A stretch of 64,000 nt of DNA. Source: Cirrosporium novae-zelandiae (Eukaryota). The stretch spans positions 1 through 64,000 of the forward strand of contig JAPETS010000071.1 in assembly GCA_026023565.1 (NCBI GenBank), read 5' to 3'. The notes beneath the pieces are model-generated. The model was not told where the DNA came from and made no database searches. It saw nothing but the letters and a program-made list of their open reading frames with translations. The translations under genes and the position numbers were made by a program. Within the stretch, counting starts at the first letter, position 1; each line of letters begins with the position of its first letter. Below, piece after piece: positions 46,380 to 58,674 of this stretch.

Positions 46380-48180
46380 CACGCAACTGCCTCCGCTCGC
46401 CTATGCATGCAAATTTGAAAGACTGGAAGTAGCCGACTGCTTTTGCGCAAGATTCCAGGCATGATAAATTTGACAGGTGATAGTGGGCGCACGCCCCTTC
46501 ATGTTGCTGCAAAAGAGTGATTGTTGGGTATTCTCAACGTCCTTCTTGATTCAAAAGCAGATATAAATAAACAAGACGATGATTTAAGGATTCCATTATA
46601 CTCAACAGCATATTATGGATGTGTTGACATTGTCAAAGTTCTCTGTGAGAACGAGGCAGATATTGAAATCCCGACCAAATTTGGTTGGACTCCCTCGCAT
46701 GCTTTGTCTAATAATGAAGAAATCTGCACCTTCCTCATCCAAAAAAAGGCCAAAGTTAACGCTTTGACAAAAGATGGCTGAACCCCTCTAACGTTAGCAG
46801 CAGCCTGGCCACAAGACTCGATTGCAACTCTCCAAATCAAAAATGGAGCGAAGTACGATTTAAAAAACAACGAAGGTGAGACTGCGTTGCATATTGCGGT
46901 CTGCTCAGGCTCGTCAGTTGTTATCAAAGTTCTTCTAGATTACGGACTTGGCATCAATAAAAAGGATGGCTATGGTAAAACTCCCCTCCATCACACAGTA
47001 ACAGGAGGATGCTTGGCAATAGTGGAAGATATATTAGAGAAAGGGGGAAGCTTGAAGGAAAGGGATGGGAACGACAAGAACTGCCTCGTATTATCATGTG
47101 AAAGCAAGTGGGGTTATAACAGCGGCATCATGAATGCTCTAATCGAGGCACCGGAGAAATATACTACAGAAGACTGGTACATTGAAGAAAAGTTTGAAGC
47201 TTATTGGGCTGCTGTTAATAATTACAATAAAGGGGCCCTCGAAAGGTGAATTGAAATGGACAAAGAATTCGTGGATTTAAAGGGTCCTAAGGGATATACG
47301 GCTCTGAAGACGTGTATACGAAATTCTGACGAGGAAAAGTCTCTTGATCTTCTTAAGCTTGGGACCAACTCTTTCCTACATGAAGAAGGAAAAAGGCCGG
47401 CATTCCAGATGGCAATTAACTCTCGTGGGTATCTGAGAAAGACTATCTTTGAAGGGTGGTGCCAGGAGACTTGTCCGCGGTTGGAAATGGATTTACCGAG
47501 TTGCGCATTGGTACGGAACTTGGCTTAAAACATGCATAGGAAAAGTTTGAACGTTTAAAGATGTCGGCTTGAGCCGAACAAGATGGAGATAAATAGAATT
47601 TGGAACACTTCCTATACTAGTCGGTAGGTAAGTTACCAGGTTCTAATGTGGCTAAGCTAGAGAAGTCGACCTTAGAGCCAAAAACCTTGATACTAGACTT
47701 CTGGAATTAGGACGAGTAATCCCTAGACTCACTTGTGGGATTTCCCCCTGACCATCTTCAGACTATTTTTAAGGATAAGTGTGGATATCAAAAAATACTA
47801 TCTTGGTATATAGTATATCTCAGAGTTAACGACCAAATAGATAGTGAAGAGGTCAAACCTCAATACCTGAGCGTTCGGGCTGACCATCCATTCCCATCTC
47901 GAGACATGGGACAACATTACTTTGAGATTGAGATAGCTCGAACAGCGGATGCAGATGCACCCATAGAAAACCTCCCCAGTATTAGGATCGGACTCTGTAG
48001 AGAATTCTATGACCTGGGAAATGCTTTCACGAGTTGGCATATATGGTCCACCGGCTACCACGGCGAGGATGGTTCCCTTCGAGAAAGAGGCTTTGGCTAG
48101 CCTAACCGCTGGCACTCTTCAACTAATAAACTGTACGGGTGCGGAAATGTGGTTGGATGTGGAGTTGAATACTCTACGGC
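46380..48180 (+). pseudogene. Ankyrin-repeat plus SPRY-domain gene fragment (NLR C-terminus-like), disrupted
   Basis: Ankyrin motifs GRTPLHVAA, GWTPSH, G*TPLTLAA, GETALHIA and GKTPLHH, with in-frame TGA stops at 46518, 46779 and 47247. In a shifted frame, SPRY motifs VRADHPFP..YFEIEI..IGLC..STGYHGEDG..VVGCGV. Confidence 0.85.
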
Positions 48181-48524
48181 TTCCTAATAACTTCGCTCTT
48201 CTGTGTCCTCCAGGCTCACCATCAACAATCCCAGTGAAATGAAGTTATCCTAACCATAGCTACTAGAAATGCGGAACTTAAAATCATTACGATATTAAAT
48301 AAGTTTTTTGTATAGCAAAATCTCAACCGATAACAATTAAAGCTACCTTTCAAAACAAAAACAATAAATCCCAACATCAAGATATTTCCTCCCCCTTGGA
48401 ACCATTGGATTGAACTTTTTTTTAGCCGAAGACCTATCGACAGGATCTTCTCATGTCAATTGTACAGTACCTATTGACAGCATACACGAGTTAAAATGCG
48501 GGTTGATATCCTTGAAATTATCCT

Positions 48525-49320
48525 TTATGGCGAAGGATTAAGCTTACCCTGCACAGGCTCCCAATATTTCATGTCTTTTGGCTTTTGTGGACAATAAAAT
48601 ATGGCCGCGAATACCAGTGTTGATACAAGAAGCACGCCCATCAAGATAGCATCAGACCTCAGCTCCGCAGCATCATAGTTTATGATGATATTCTCGCTCA
48701 CGCTGTAAAGTGTGTAGATGGGAAACACCATCAAGCGTAGGATGGCTACCAGTGCAATCAAGTTGACAGCGTTATCTATCCGGAATTTGGAGAAATATTA
48801 GATATCAGAGTTCGTTGTTTTCTTTCTTTTGTCCTATAGGGCAGGACGGTTCATTCCAACCAAATTTTGGGCCTGCAGGAGTAAGCTACCTTTTGGAATA
48901 GTTGGTAACAGCAGGCAGCCATATTAATGGCACCTCCGTATTGTGGTCTCACATAAGGACTTACCATATTCTCTTATCACGTTTTCAGCTCTTCTAAGCA
49001 ACTCAGCTTTAAACTCGTTCCTATATGTTTATCCCGGTTCTAGTCCTGCCAGCTTATTTTCCTTGATCTCGGTCTGGCTGCGTTGCTCTCTGAAAAGCTC
49101 CATTGGCCAACCCCGAAGGCAACGACACCCAAAATATTCACCCTTATCGATTTTGTCAAGTGTTTTCAATTAAGCTTCAATTTGATGCGATTCATTCTAT
49201 TTCTAGAGCAGTATACGCATGAAGGAGAACCAAAACGGCGATATATCATAAAATTTTCATCGCTATCCAAGAATGCTACAACACGTGGATGGCCTTGTGC
49301 GCAATCATCCACTACGAACA
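48525..49320 (-). pseudogene. DUF6594-like membrane protein pseudogene
   Basis: QGHPRVVAFLDSDENFMIYRRFG, then a frameshifted RILL*K*NE, ...ELLRRAENVIREY and C-terminal hydrophobic helices (ORF 48525-48761). Several stops. Confidence 0.7.
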
Positions 49321-50809
49321 CTATTAGGGATCATCGGCCTAACGACGAGATATGTAATACCCTCAGAGCTTTGAGTACTTACGCGTTCTCACAATATTCT
49401 CACGGTGCTTTAGCTTCGCTATCTTTCTAATACCTCAGAGGAAGCAAATCCGCTACCGTTTTGCATCAAATCTAGTGTGCCAACGTGAAAAGGCATGACC
49501 TCGAACCTGCTATCGCCTTAGTCTCTTCTTTAATTTAATGGATATTCACAACACTCACCACTTACTTGTGATTTTTTGGTGTAGAGGTTGGGTGGGGAAT
49601 TGATGATCCTAGATGAAAGGGGAATGCATAGCATCCTGCCTCGAGAGTGAATTTTTCTCAATATCTATGCCCATTGGAATTGCAAATGCAACTTTCAAAT
49701 CTGAACTCTCTACAATCAATGGTGAGAGACCTAGCAATTGAATTCTCTTTTAATGTTAGGACTAACAGACAGCCTTGCGATCAGCTGAATTTCTTTTTCA
49801 TCAAATAGAGACTATTCCGTTGGATACGAAAAGGCATCCAATAGACTAATCTGGTTGATACGAACGAATATTTTTCAGGTAAGCTATCCCGCTATGCCCG
49901 CCTTGCCCTAATTAAATCCTATCGACTCTATCCAAAAACAAAAAAGTAATTACATCGTACTTTCAAGTTCCGTTTCACGGACCCATTTCAAATTATTACT
50001 AATATCCCGGACATTATATTCCCATCTACCATCAGAACGTTGTCTTTTCCCCTCAATTTCCACTTTGTATTCGAAAATCCCATTAGAATTCTTCAGCCAA
50101 ACTGCGCTTCCGACATCAAACGCATTCGTATACTAAATGAATGAGCTAAGGGGTTAGCCTTGGGGTTCATATTATTTCACTATCACTAATAAATGGAAAT
50201 GGGACTTGCCGAGGCAGGATTTGAATTCAACTTCACATAGGACCTATTAATAGGTACTTGATCAGGCTATATAAGGCATCAGACATCTTATGTACTATAC
50301 AAACAACAACGTTGTCTTATTCTCGCAGAGAATTATACATGCTCACTCTCTCAGGCATCTTATCCATATACTAACCAGAGCCCCCCTCTTTAGACGGCTT
50401 TTTAACGGTTGTTTCGAAAAAAAATAAAGTCTTAAATCAGTTGATCCCCCAGAAGAATTGAGGGGGAAGTCTGTCTGCAAACAAAGCCTTTGATCATGAT
50501 GCCTTCAAGGCTGACCTTATAAATTAATTAGCTGTAGAAGCCTTTTAGCCCTTATTCAGAGAAGTATTCTGCGACGTAGGGCTCTCTCCGCTCGATGAGG
50601 CGATATCTGCATTTTGGAGATATGGCTCTTAGTCTAGTCTAGTGGGGTAAATAACAATTTATCTACATCAGTAAGTTAGTCTAAGATGTGGTTCTACTTT
50701 TATTGGATTAACGAGCTGCAAAGTAATTAATACTAAACAAACATGCATAGATAAGAGTCAGCTTTCCCCGCATTTCGGTGGTCCCGACCCCGCTTACGTC
50801 ACGTTACGT

Positions 50810-50813
50810 TGAC

Positions 50814-50846
<33 letters not shown>
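50810..50846 (+). repeat. (TGAT)n microsatellite
   Basis: About 8-9 units visible. Confidence 0.9.
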
Positions 50847-51612
50847 CATACCCTCAAGGGGGCTACTCTTTAATCAGACGTGCGCTATGCGGGGATTGGT
50901 TGTAACCAGAACCAATCAAATAAGTGTTCCAGGGGTCCTAACGAGTTTAGGCTAAGATAGATTTAGACTAAGCCGGACCAGATTATATATAATGTATATT
51001 TAACCCAGAACGCAGGATTTGTGTGGTACTTTTTTTTTTTTTTTGAAACGGGGTTTTAGATATATATAAATCGTTTGCCCCTCGATGTCAACTGTACTTG
51101 CCGTGGAACGGTGGTGGCCTATAAAAAAAAAAGATAGTCTGTATGTGGTAGTCTATAATTACTTGTATACGTTTTGTAGTCTTGTTAGATTGAGGTCCGT
51201 CGATATTGCTCGTAGGAGTAGTAGTCCAGTAGGTCTGTAATAACCGCTCTCGTAAACATTTAGGAACGCTGGTAGAGTTGGGCTTATCTAAATTAGACTG
51301 TAGAAGAACCAATTCTACTATTCTAATATTTTCGTATTAGAATCCCGTAGTCGACTAATAATAAATAGAAATGGTGCGTAGCTATAGGAACTAGACTGCG
51401 ACAATAGAACCACCACCAAATAGCCGGTATCTAACCACTTTCATATATATATATATATATATATATAGTACGAGCGTATGATAATATAAAAGATATTTTG
51501 AATAATAGATTGTACCGTAATGTGCTTTGTCGACATCGATACCCGGGCGTGGCAAAAGGATATTAATATCACCGAAGAAGATGCTATAGTCGAGTTTGGG
51601 GGGTGGCTGTTC

Positions 51613-51690
51613 GCCCTAATTTGAGGCTTAAAAATTGTAATATATCGATTAAAATCGATATACTGACTATTCTAAGGTCAAAATTAGGGC
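51613..51690. repeat. Imperfect 78-bp palindrome (possible small MITE or foldback remnant)
   Basis: GCCCTAATTTGAGGCTTAAAAATTGTAATATATCGAT, a TAAA loop, then ATCGATATACTGACTATTCTAAGGTCAAAATTAGGGC. Confidence 0.7.
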
Positions 51691-51820
51691 ATTAAAAGGT
51701 ACCTTTATTAGACATGAAGCAGAACATGGCAAGGTCCAAAAACCACCACCCTTCCTCCACAGGTCACCAAAAGGGGGATGTAAGATTTTATTGGGAATTA
51801 GCCGAAAATAATCCATTCAT

Positions 51821-53654
51821 TTAATCTATTTCCTCATGATCCTGAAAAGGCCAGTATTCTTCAAAATCCCTCCTATCTTCTTCTGTATCAGCACACTCAA
51901 CCAGTTCGTTTTTGATAAGCTTGGCCCTCTCTCGCGCGCTCTCAAATTCCTCTTTCACCACTAAGCCGTCAATGTTAATGCCAATGCAGTCGCGCAAGCG
52001 CTGCATCTGCTCGTCAATATTCTTCTGCTTAGCGTCCCGGTCGAGGCATTCCTTGACTTCAGTAGGAGAGTAGTGAATCGGGAGATTATCTTCCGAAGAG
52101 CAAATGTCGGACCACTGCGCCATTGTCTTGATCAACTGGGCCTGGAGTGATGTATTGTCACCTTCCCATGGCCGATCAGCAGCATCGTAAAGCTGGTTCC
52201 TCAAAACAAGGTCGCGCTTTCCTATTGCCTGGAAGTGAGCCTTGTTAAGTTTACTTGTGTGGTCAAGGTAGAAGTAATGCACTTGGCGTCGCCGATATAG
52301 CTCCATCTCTGCTTCCTTGTCACTGCTGGTCATGGTGGTGAAATTCTCAGCCAGTTTTGGACGTCGGAAATTTTCCGAATCATCATCGCCGTAATTCTGG
52401 AAATGCTCTGGGATTTTGGCCTGCAGAAAAAGTGGAAGGATAGTCGCATGCTGCCAGTCAATAATACCAGTGATGTCGCCCGATTCAGAGATGAGTATGT
52501 TGCTAGGAGAGAGGTCAGGGTGGCGGATTGTAGGTACGTTCAGCTGCTCTGCTTCGGGGACGAGATGAGGAGCGACCTTCAGATAGTCTAGTAGATGATG
52601 AATCTGCATCTGTGGATCTACCTTTTGACGGCCATAGAGCTCCCGATAGAACAGTTCATGTGGATATCGTTTCTCGCCGAATCTCCTGAGCCACAGGATC
52701 TCCCTCTCACCCACTGCTTTCAGCAGTTCTTCGCTACCCTTCCCTAGAATTTACCGGGTTAGCTGGCATGGCATCGTGCAGGCAGGACACTCACAAGGTC
52801 CACGATTGGCAACGAGCTCATCTCGCCTTTGATACCACCATAGATACTCAGTCGAAGGTCCGATGCAGAATCTGTTGGTATTCTTAAAGCTGCTGTTCTC
52901 GGACATACCAACGCTCTTTATACTAGGATCCAGGGAATCTTTGAAAAAAAGACTACCATTGGCAGGGAATCGAATGCCAAACAACAGCCTTTCTGCATCA
53001 ACAATCTTCTCAATGACCGCCATCCGCTCCTTAAACCCCATAGTGTACCATATATATGCCAACGGCCTTCCTGGAACCCGTTCCATGATGATATATTCAG
53101 AACCAAGCTGATTAGAAGCTGATGAGTTCCAATCGAGAACCTTAGGAACGGGAATGCCATGGATACGAAGGAACTCCATTGTGGCAACTTCGCTCGCGAT
53201 GCCGTATTTGCGAGGAATGGTACAAGGATATGGGAGACGCGCAATGACCTTCAACCCATCGCGGAAGGTCGCTTCAAAGATGCGGTATGAACCCCCCTCT
53301 GCAAGCTTTATGACGTGGTCAAGATCAGTACGAGGTAGCCCGACAGCTTTGATAACAATGGCACACAGCTCATTTATGTTGAAATGAAGTCGCCTCTCCG
53401 AAAGTCGCAGACGTTCGTTGTAACTTGATGGTGCACGTATCAAGGTTAGAAAAAGAGAATTATCAAACCAAACTATAGACTTACAGCCATCTCCACGACG
53501 TGTAGTTAAAAAATGGGTTGGTCGCATCGCTCATCTTGGGCGTTTCTTCGTGACGGCTTTCCATGCTGTATTTCCGCTTCCCTCTACTACAAGGAATGCA
53601 AAGAGAAAGCGGAGCTGTTCGTAATACATAATTTCTTTGCATTATGAAAGACAT
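51821..53654 (-). CDS. Aminoglycoside-phosphotransferase/kinase-like protein (AIM9-like); 3 exons, start uncertain
   Basis: Motifs FFNYTSWRWL|YNERLRLSERRLHFN, KLAEGGSYRIF, IARLP, ASEVATMEF, EYIIME, RFCIGP, HPDLSPSNI, ITGIIDWQH and a terminal WPF. Confidence 0.88.
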
Positions 53655-54263
53655 GTAGAAAGTTGAAGATCCTTTTACCACAGCAGTCTATGCCCTAAGG
53701 CATAATTGATATTGTCTAACTATTGTCGGTCAACGCATAGACTATACCCTTGGCATGCAGATACGGAAAGGCGGTAGGTAATGAGAGTGGTGCAAATATA
53801 TTGTATCTTCAAGAAATATTATAATACTCGAGTAGGTCAGATAACTATTTTTCAGGCAGAGTCAGGCATCAAGTTCTTTGATAAATATCTAAACCTTTAC
53901 AGGAGGGGGGCAGTTTAACATTTCCGCTTAGCCTCCCTAGCACGTGCCTAGCACCTATCTTTCACTCAGCCCTACGAAAGTATGATAATAACAATAACAA
54001 TGACATCATCATAACTCCTCCTCCAGACAAGTACTCGTACAGGTCTTCTCCAACTTTTAATCTTCTTCTCCTCCTTCATATAAACAAAAATAAAATAACA
54101 ACAACAACAGCAACAAGAATAACAGAAAAGGAAAGTTTGGACGTACGAAGGTACGAAAAAATTGTTTTTTTGAGAGGTTTTATTAAATGATTACGATTCT
54201 TATTAATTCCCTACTTTTTACCTACTATACTTGTTTTTTTATATATGAACCCAAACCGCCAAA

Positions 54264-54971
54264 ATGGTAATCGGCCTTCTCATCGTAACCGCCATCCCAA
54301 CCGTCACCGGAATCGCCGAAGCAGTTCACCAACAACGTTCCCAAAACCAAGAAAAAGCCGAAGCGGAACGCATGAAAAAAGCGCTCCTGCTCTCCTCCGG
54401 CGCGCCCGCCGCCCCGCTAGCCGAGCAGGGCCTCCTTGAAGCCCCCGACATCCTCAGCGTGCACGGAAAACTCGTCGTCCTCCGCGACGGCAAAGCCTGG
54501 CTCGACGAAGTGAATCCCGCGGCTCGGAAGACCACAACCGCACACACGGCACAGGCGTTTTATGTTTCGTATCCGTTCCCAGACCATTTGAAGGAGAGAG
54601 GGCCGAAGAGGGGACTTGTGAGCAGCGTTGCGACCGATCCGCCCATGCTGAATTGGATTTTTGTGGATAAGGACACCGGGGAGCTGAGGTATGGGAACCG
54701 CACGGCAAGTATGGAGCATGTGGTTGGGTCGTGGGATTGGACGGAGGGGAAGGAGGGGTTGGATTTGGAGGGCGTGGGTGTTTTTGTTGCGGTTGAGGAG
54801 GAGGAGAGGGAGGTTGATGGGGCGGTTGTCCCTGGGGGGTGGGCGTTAAGGTTTGGAGGGGCGGCGGAGGTGGAGGGGGTGAGGGCCCTGGTTGGCGGGA
54901 GGAAGTGTGTGCCGGTTGAGTTGAAAAGGAAGGAGTTGGAGGAGGAGGATGAGGAGGAGGAGAAGGAGTGA
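54264..54971 (+). CDS. Conserved hypothetical fungal protein
   Basis: 235-aa single-exon ORF. MVIGLLIVTAIPTVTG, GLVS....DPPMLNWIFVDKDT.ELRYGN and GSWDW recall an uncharacterised Pezizomycotina family. Confidence 0.75.
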   Translation: MVIGLLIVTAIPTVTGIAEAVHQQRSQNQEKAEAERMKKALLLSSGAPAAPLAEQGLLEAPDILSVHGKLVVLRDGKAWLDEVNPAARKTTTAHTAQAFYVSYPFPDHLKERGPKRGLVSSVATDPPMLNWIFVDKDTGELRYGNRTASMEHVVGSWDWTEGKEGLDLEGVGVFVAVEEEEREVDGAVVPGGWALRFGGAAEVEGVRALVGGRKCVPVELKRKELEEEDEEEEKE

Positions 54972-55142
54972 GGGTTTGCGTTGGACTTTTGGGGTGGCGT
55001 TTTTGGATAGTGGGGTTTGCTTGTTTTGGGATTATATGGTCGGGGTGGTTAAAAGGGTTATGGCATCCTCTTATAATGAACAAGCTGGCGGGCGTGATGC
55101 AATTACGAATGCATGCATCATGTATTTTTTTTTCATAATCTC

Positions 55143-56438
55143 TCATACCAAAAATGTCCAGAAGCTTGGGTAAACAAGCTCATTCTCAAATATCCTTCTT
55201 ACCTGCTCCAGCACAAATCTCTCCACTTTCCCTACATTCTTCAACACCTGGTTCCCTGTCCCCTTCTGCCCGATCTCGCTCTCAACCTTGATTTCTTGCA
55301 ACAGCCCCCCGATCCCTCCGGCCTTTTTCCGGGGAGGCTGTTGCGGTTGTCTCCCTCGGGTTAGCTCGTCGTCCAGCCCGTTTTCCGTACCGATGAGGAC
55401 ATGCGCATCTTCTGGTGACATGAAACAGAAATGCGCCTTCTTTCGTATGTAAGCTAGCACGGCAATGCCGTCGAATGTCAACCCTGTGATGTTCAATTGT
55501 AAAGGTATTCCGACGAAACTAGGCATCGGATAATCGAGCAGGATCTCGGCGGTTAGGACAATACGAACGTTGCCGGAGTAGCGGGTTCGAAAGACTATTT
55601 GTAGGTCCTCGGGCCGTTTTTCGTGCATGGGATGGGGAGAGGATTCTGCTGTGAAGGGATCGGTGGTGAACATCGGGGATGGATCGAGATGGGGAGGGTT
55701 TGCTTGGGAAGATGCCGATGCCGAATCTGCAGTGGAAGAGCGGGGTGGTGACGGCGGTTCTATGGTCGACGGAGATTGTTGACTGGTGCGACTTTGTGTT
55801 GTGCTTAGGAGGTCGATGGAGCTGACATTTGCGTGTCTTTGTAGCTGGCGCTGAAACTGCTCGTTTCGTCCATTTTGAAATGTAGAACCCCCTCCGAAGG
55901 CCGCGAGAGGGGTCTGGGGACCTGAGATTACTCCCAAAGGTAGGTGGAAGTAGGAAAGATTGATATTGGAGGTTCCACCTGGGATTCCGGGGGTGCCGGT
56001 TCGTGAGAGAAAGGGACTGCCAAGTTGATCGGCCAAGTTCAAGCGCCCAAGGGGTTTCTTTGTGTCTATGGCTGGAGGTCTGGTGAAGGCGGCGCTTTGG
56101 GTTTTGTTATCCTTCGCGGGGGTCCCAGAACGTTTTTGGCGGGGAGGACTACCCTCTGTTTCTAACTGTGTGGACTCTTCTTCATTCTCTTCCTCGCTAT
56201 CACTCTCGCTCTCACTTTCGTCCTCCTCGTAGAAATCTGGTAGCGGATCACATATGTCTATGATCTCGACCTCAGGGCATACGGTGCCGAAGTTGAAGGC
56301 ATGAACGTGGACGGAGCGAATGAAGCGGGGGAACGTTACATGTTGAAATCGTTCGTGGATGAAGGCACGGATGGTTTCGGCGAGCGCAAGTCCATCGTCG
56401 CCGCCAGTGAGGGTCTCCCAATTGATGTCGACGGACAT
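55143..56438 (-). CDS. MDM12: Mitochondrial distribution and morphology protein 12 (ERMES SMP-domain subunit)
   Basis: Motifs MSVDINWETLTGG.DG..LAETIR.FIH, ICDPLPDFYE, LLDYPMPSFVGIPL, VLKNVGKVERFVLEQVRRIF and LVYPSFWTFLV*. Confidence 0.95.
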   Translation of the reverse strand: MSVDINWETLTGGDDGLALAETIRAFIHERFQHVTFPRFIRSVHVHAFNFGTVCPEVEIIDICDPLPDFYEEDESESESDSEEENEEESTQLETEGSPPRQKRSGTPAKDNKTQSAAFTRPPAIDTKKPLGRLNLADQLGSPFLSRTGTPGIPGGTSNINLSYFHLPLGVISGPQTPLAAFGGGSTFQNGRNEQFQRQLQRHANVSSIDLLSTTQSRTSQQSPSTIEPPSPPRSSTADSASASSQANPPHLDPSPMFTTDPFTAESSPHPMHEKRPEDLQIVFRTRYSGNVRIVLTAEILLDYPMPSFVGIPLQLNITGLTFDGIAVLAYIRKKAHFCFMSPEDAHVLIGTENGLDDELTRGRQPQQPPRKKAGGIGGLLQEIKVESEIGQKGTGNQVLKNVGKVERFVLEQVRRIFENELVYPSFWTFLV

Positions 56439-56840
56439 CAGTGGGTAGATGGAGTTGAAGGTGGAGGGAAACGACGGAAATTGGGCTTCTTGGTTGCCGG
56501 AAGTTATCGATAACTTCATCTCCGTCAGCTTCGCTTGCTTTTGACTCGATGGACATGTTTATTTGCTATTTCAAGGAAAGAAAATACTGACCAGTTTATA
56601 TATTCGTTAATTCTGCTCATACAATCGTTTACATGAACTGTCTTTCAGCTTGCAAATAAAGAAGAGCCGTGTCTCGAAGGAAGGAGGGCACAATCTTACC
56701 ATTATCAACTTGTTCCCCGCCAGTCACTGGACCGAAAGAATTGCGTTTGGGAGTGGCTACCAGACAATTATTTCTCTAGGATCCGTCTTGATAATATTGA
56801 CCTTCAATAACTAAATATACTGGCTGGACTGCTTTCCGCC

Positions 56841-58674
56841 ATGCCGACTGCAGGATCTGGTTCTACGTCCCCGGAGAGGGCTCCCCAAGCTTGTACATCA
56901 TGTCGAAAACAGAAAAGAAAATGCGACAAGGCACTTCCTGCATGCGCTCTATGTACTCGATTAAAACGAGAATGTGATTACTTTGATACGTCCTCGGCGG
57001 GAAGTTCTGATGACTTGACCTTCCTCCGTCAGAAGGTACAGGAACTGGAGCAACGGTTAAATGGGGTCAACGGGAATTCGACTCCAAGCACCAATGGGAA
57101 TACCCCAGACTCTCTCCAACTATTGTCAAACTACTCGGGAGATTCGAGCCTTGACGATTTTATCAAATCATGCCTCGCTCCGGATGCAGAACTATCACCT
57201 ATGAATGTATTTTTTCTTGATTCTTGGGCCTTCAAGGAGGGAGAACTTTCAATCAATATGCCTAAACCCCATGTCCCGCCAGAGATATTGATGAATCTGG
57301 GGTATAGTGGAGATATGCAGGCTCTCGTGGAGCTTTATTTTTCAAATATTCATACATGGTTTCCGATTGTTTCTAAGAAACGGTTATCCCAGACCATGTC
57401 GAACCCAACAAGAGAACCAGGTCCCGATATGATACTACTTTTTCTGTGCATGAAACTTGTTACGACTTACTTACCGCTCGATGAGCAGGATACGCGAATA
57501 CCATTATACTGGACTACCAAGCAGTATTTCAGTATCGTTGAATCCAGCGGAGTTTTTTCAGTGCGTATAGTCCAAGCTACATTGCTGATTGCAATTTACG
57601 AGATTGGACATTGTATTTACCCAGCCGCATATCTCACAGTGGGAGCAGCTGCAAGGTTAGGGCATGCAATAGGCCTCCATGACCGGAAAAACGCACCCCA
57701 GATGCTCAAGAGACCCATCAGCTGGACTGAGTATGAGGAGGCTCGTCGAACCTGGTGGGGTGTCGTAATACTCGAGAGGTTAGCGCATCGATCATAAATA
57801 AAATGAACTGTACTGAGAACAAATAGGTATGTCAATTCTGGAGCATTAGGCCGCCCTTTAGCTACAGAAGAACCTCTTCAGGATGATATGCTACCAAGTG
57901 ACGATAATCTTTGGGACCAAGGGGTAAATCACCACTCCCATTCTAGCCAGCTGTCAAGAGCCCAGAACATCCTAACAAACCCCGTAGGAAATGAACCCAG
58001 CCGGACCGCTGTACGTGAGTTCCGATTCAAACATCCCCGCCAGCACATTCGCACGCACTTGTCAAGCTGCGCATATTCTAGGCCGAGTCCTTCGGCACCG
58101 AAACGACCAAAGCCTCGACTGCAGCTACCGCCTAGCAGAAGCCCTACAACTCATCCGAACAGTCGAAGCTCTACAGGTACTCCTCAACGACGAATCCACA
58201 ACAGCTCCCCAAAGGATGAGCACGGCGGTGGCAATATGCTACAGCGCTTTTGAGGGAATCTGCGATCCCTATTCGTGCGGGAAAGATGGCCGGTACGGTA
58301 TCGAGCAGATCGAACTCCAGAAAGCGGCGCTCGAGGGGCTCAAAAATGCATCTCGTGGGATTTTCGAATTCATCCGACGCCTCAGGCAAAGCTTTGCGTT
58401 TGACCTCGCCGCCATCAGTCCTCTAATCCTCGACTGTGTGTACGCTTCTGCTGCAACCCATGCGTGGATAGTCACTGAAAACGGTGACCCCGAATGTTTA
58501 AGTTGCTACAATGAGGAAAAGGATTTCCTAGGACTCATAAGCACCAGATGGAGAGCAGCTGGTAAGGGCTTTCTTTTTTATTCAGTTGAAGCTCCTTCTG
58601 ACATGATGTGGAATTAACTAGGCGAATACCTGAAAATTCTCAAAAAAATTGAGTTGAGATCAACCCAAGTATAG
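56841..58674 (+). CDS. Zn(II)2Cys6 transcription factor with fungal-specific TF domain; 4 exons
   Basis: ACTSCRKQKRKCDKALPACALCTRLKRECDY, YFSNIHTWFPIV, GHAIGLH and EEARRTWWGVVILER. GT-AG introns. Confidence 0.92.

Noticed and set aside
46518..47249. Three in-frame TGA codons suggesting readthrough, recoding or RNA editing in the ankyrin gene
   Set aside because: The locus also has frameshifts and lacks its 5' part, and other genes in the window use TGA as a normal stop. Pseudogenisation is the simpler explanation.
50200..50235. tRNA-like TTCAAATCCTGCC on the minus strand
   Set aside because: No paired T-stem or cloverleaf could be built.
54454..55146. 230-aa Pro-rich antisense ORF, and similar shadow ORFs over IDO, Ies4, ALDH and CAX
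   Set aside because: They overlap well-supported genes and arise from skewed, stop-poor composition.
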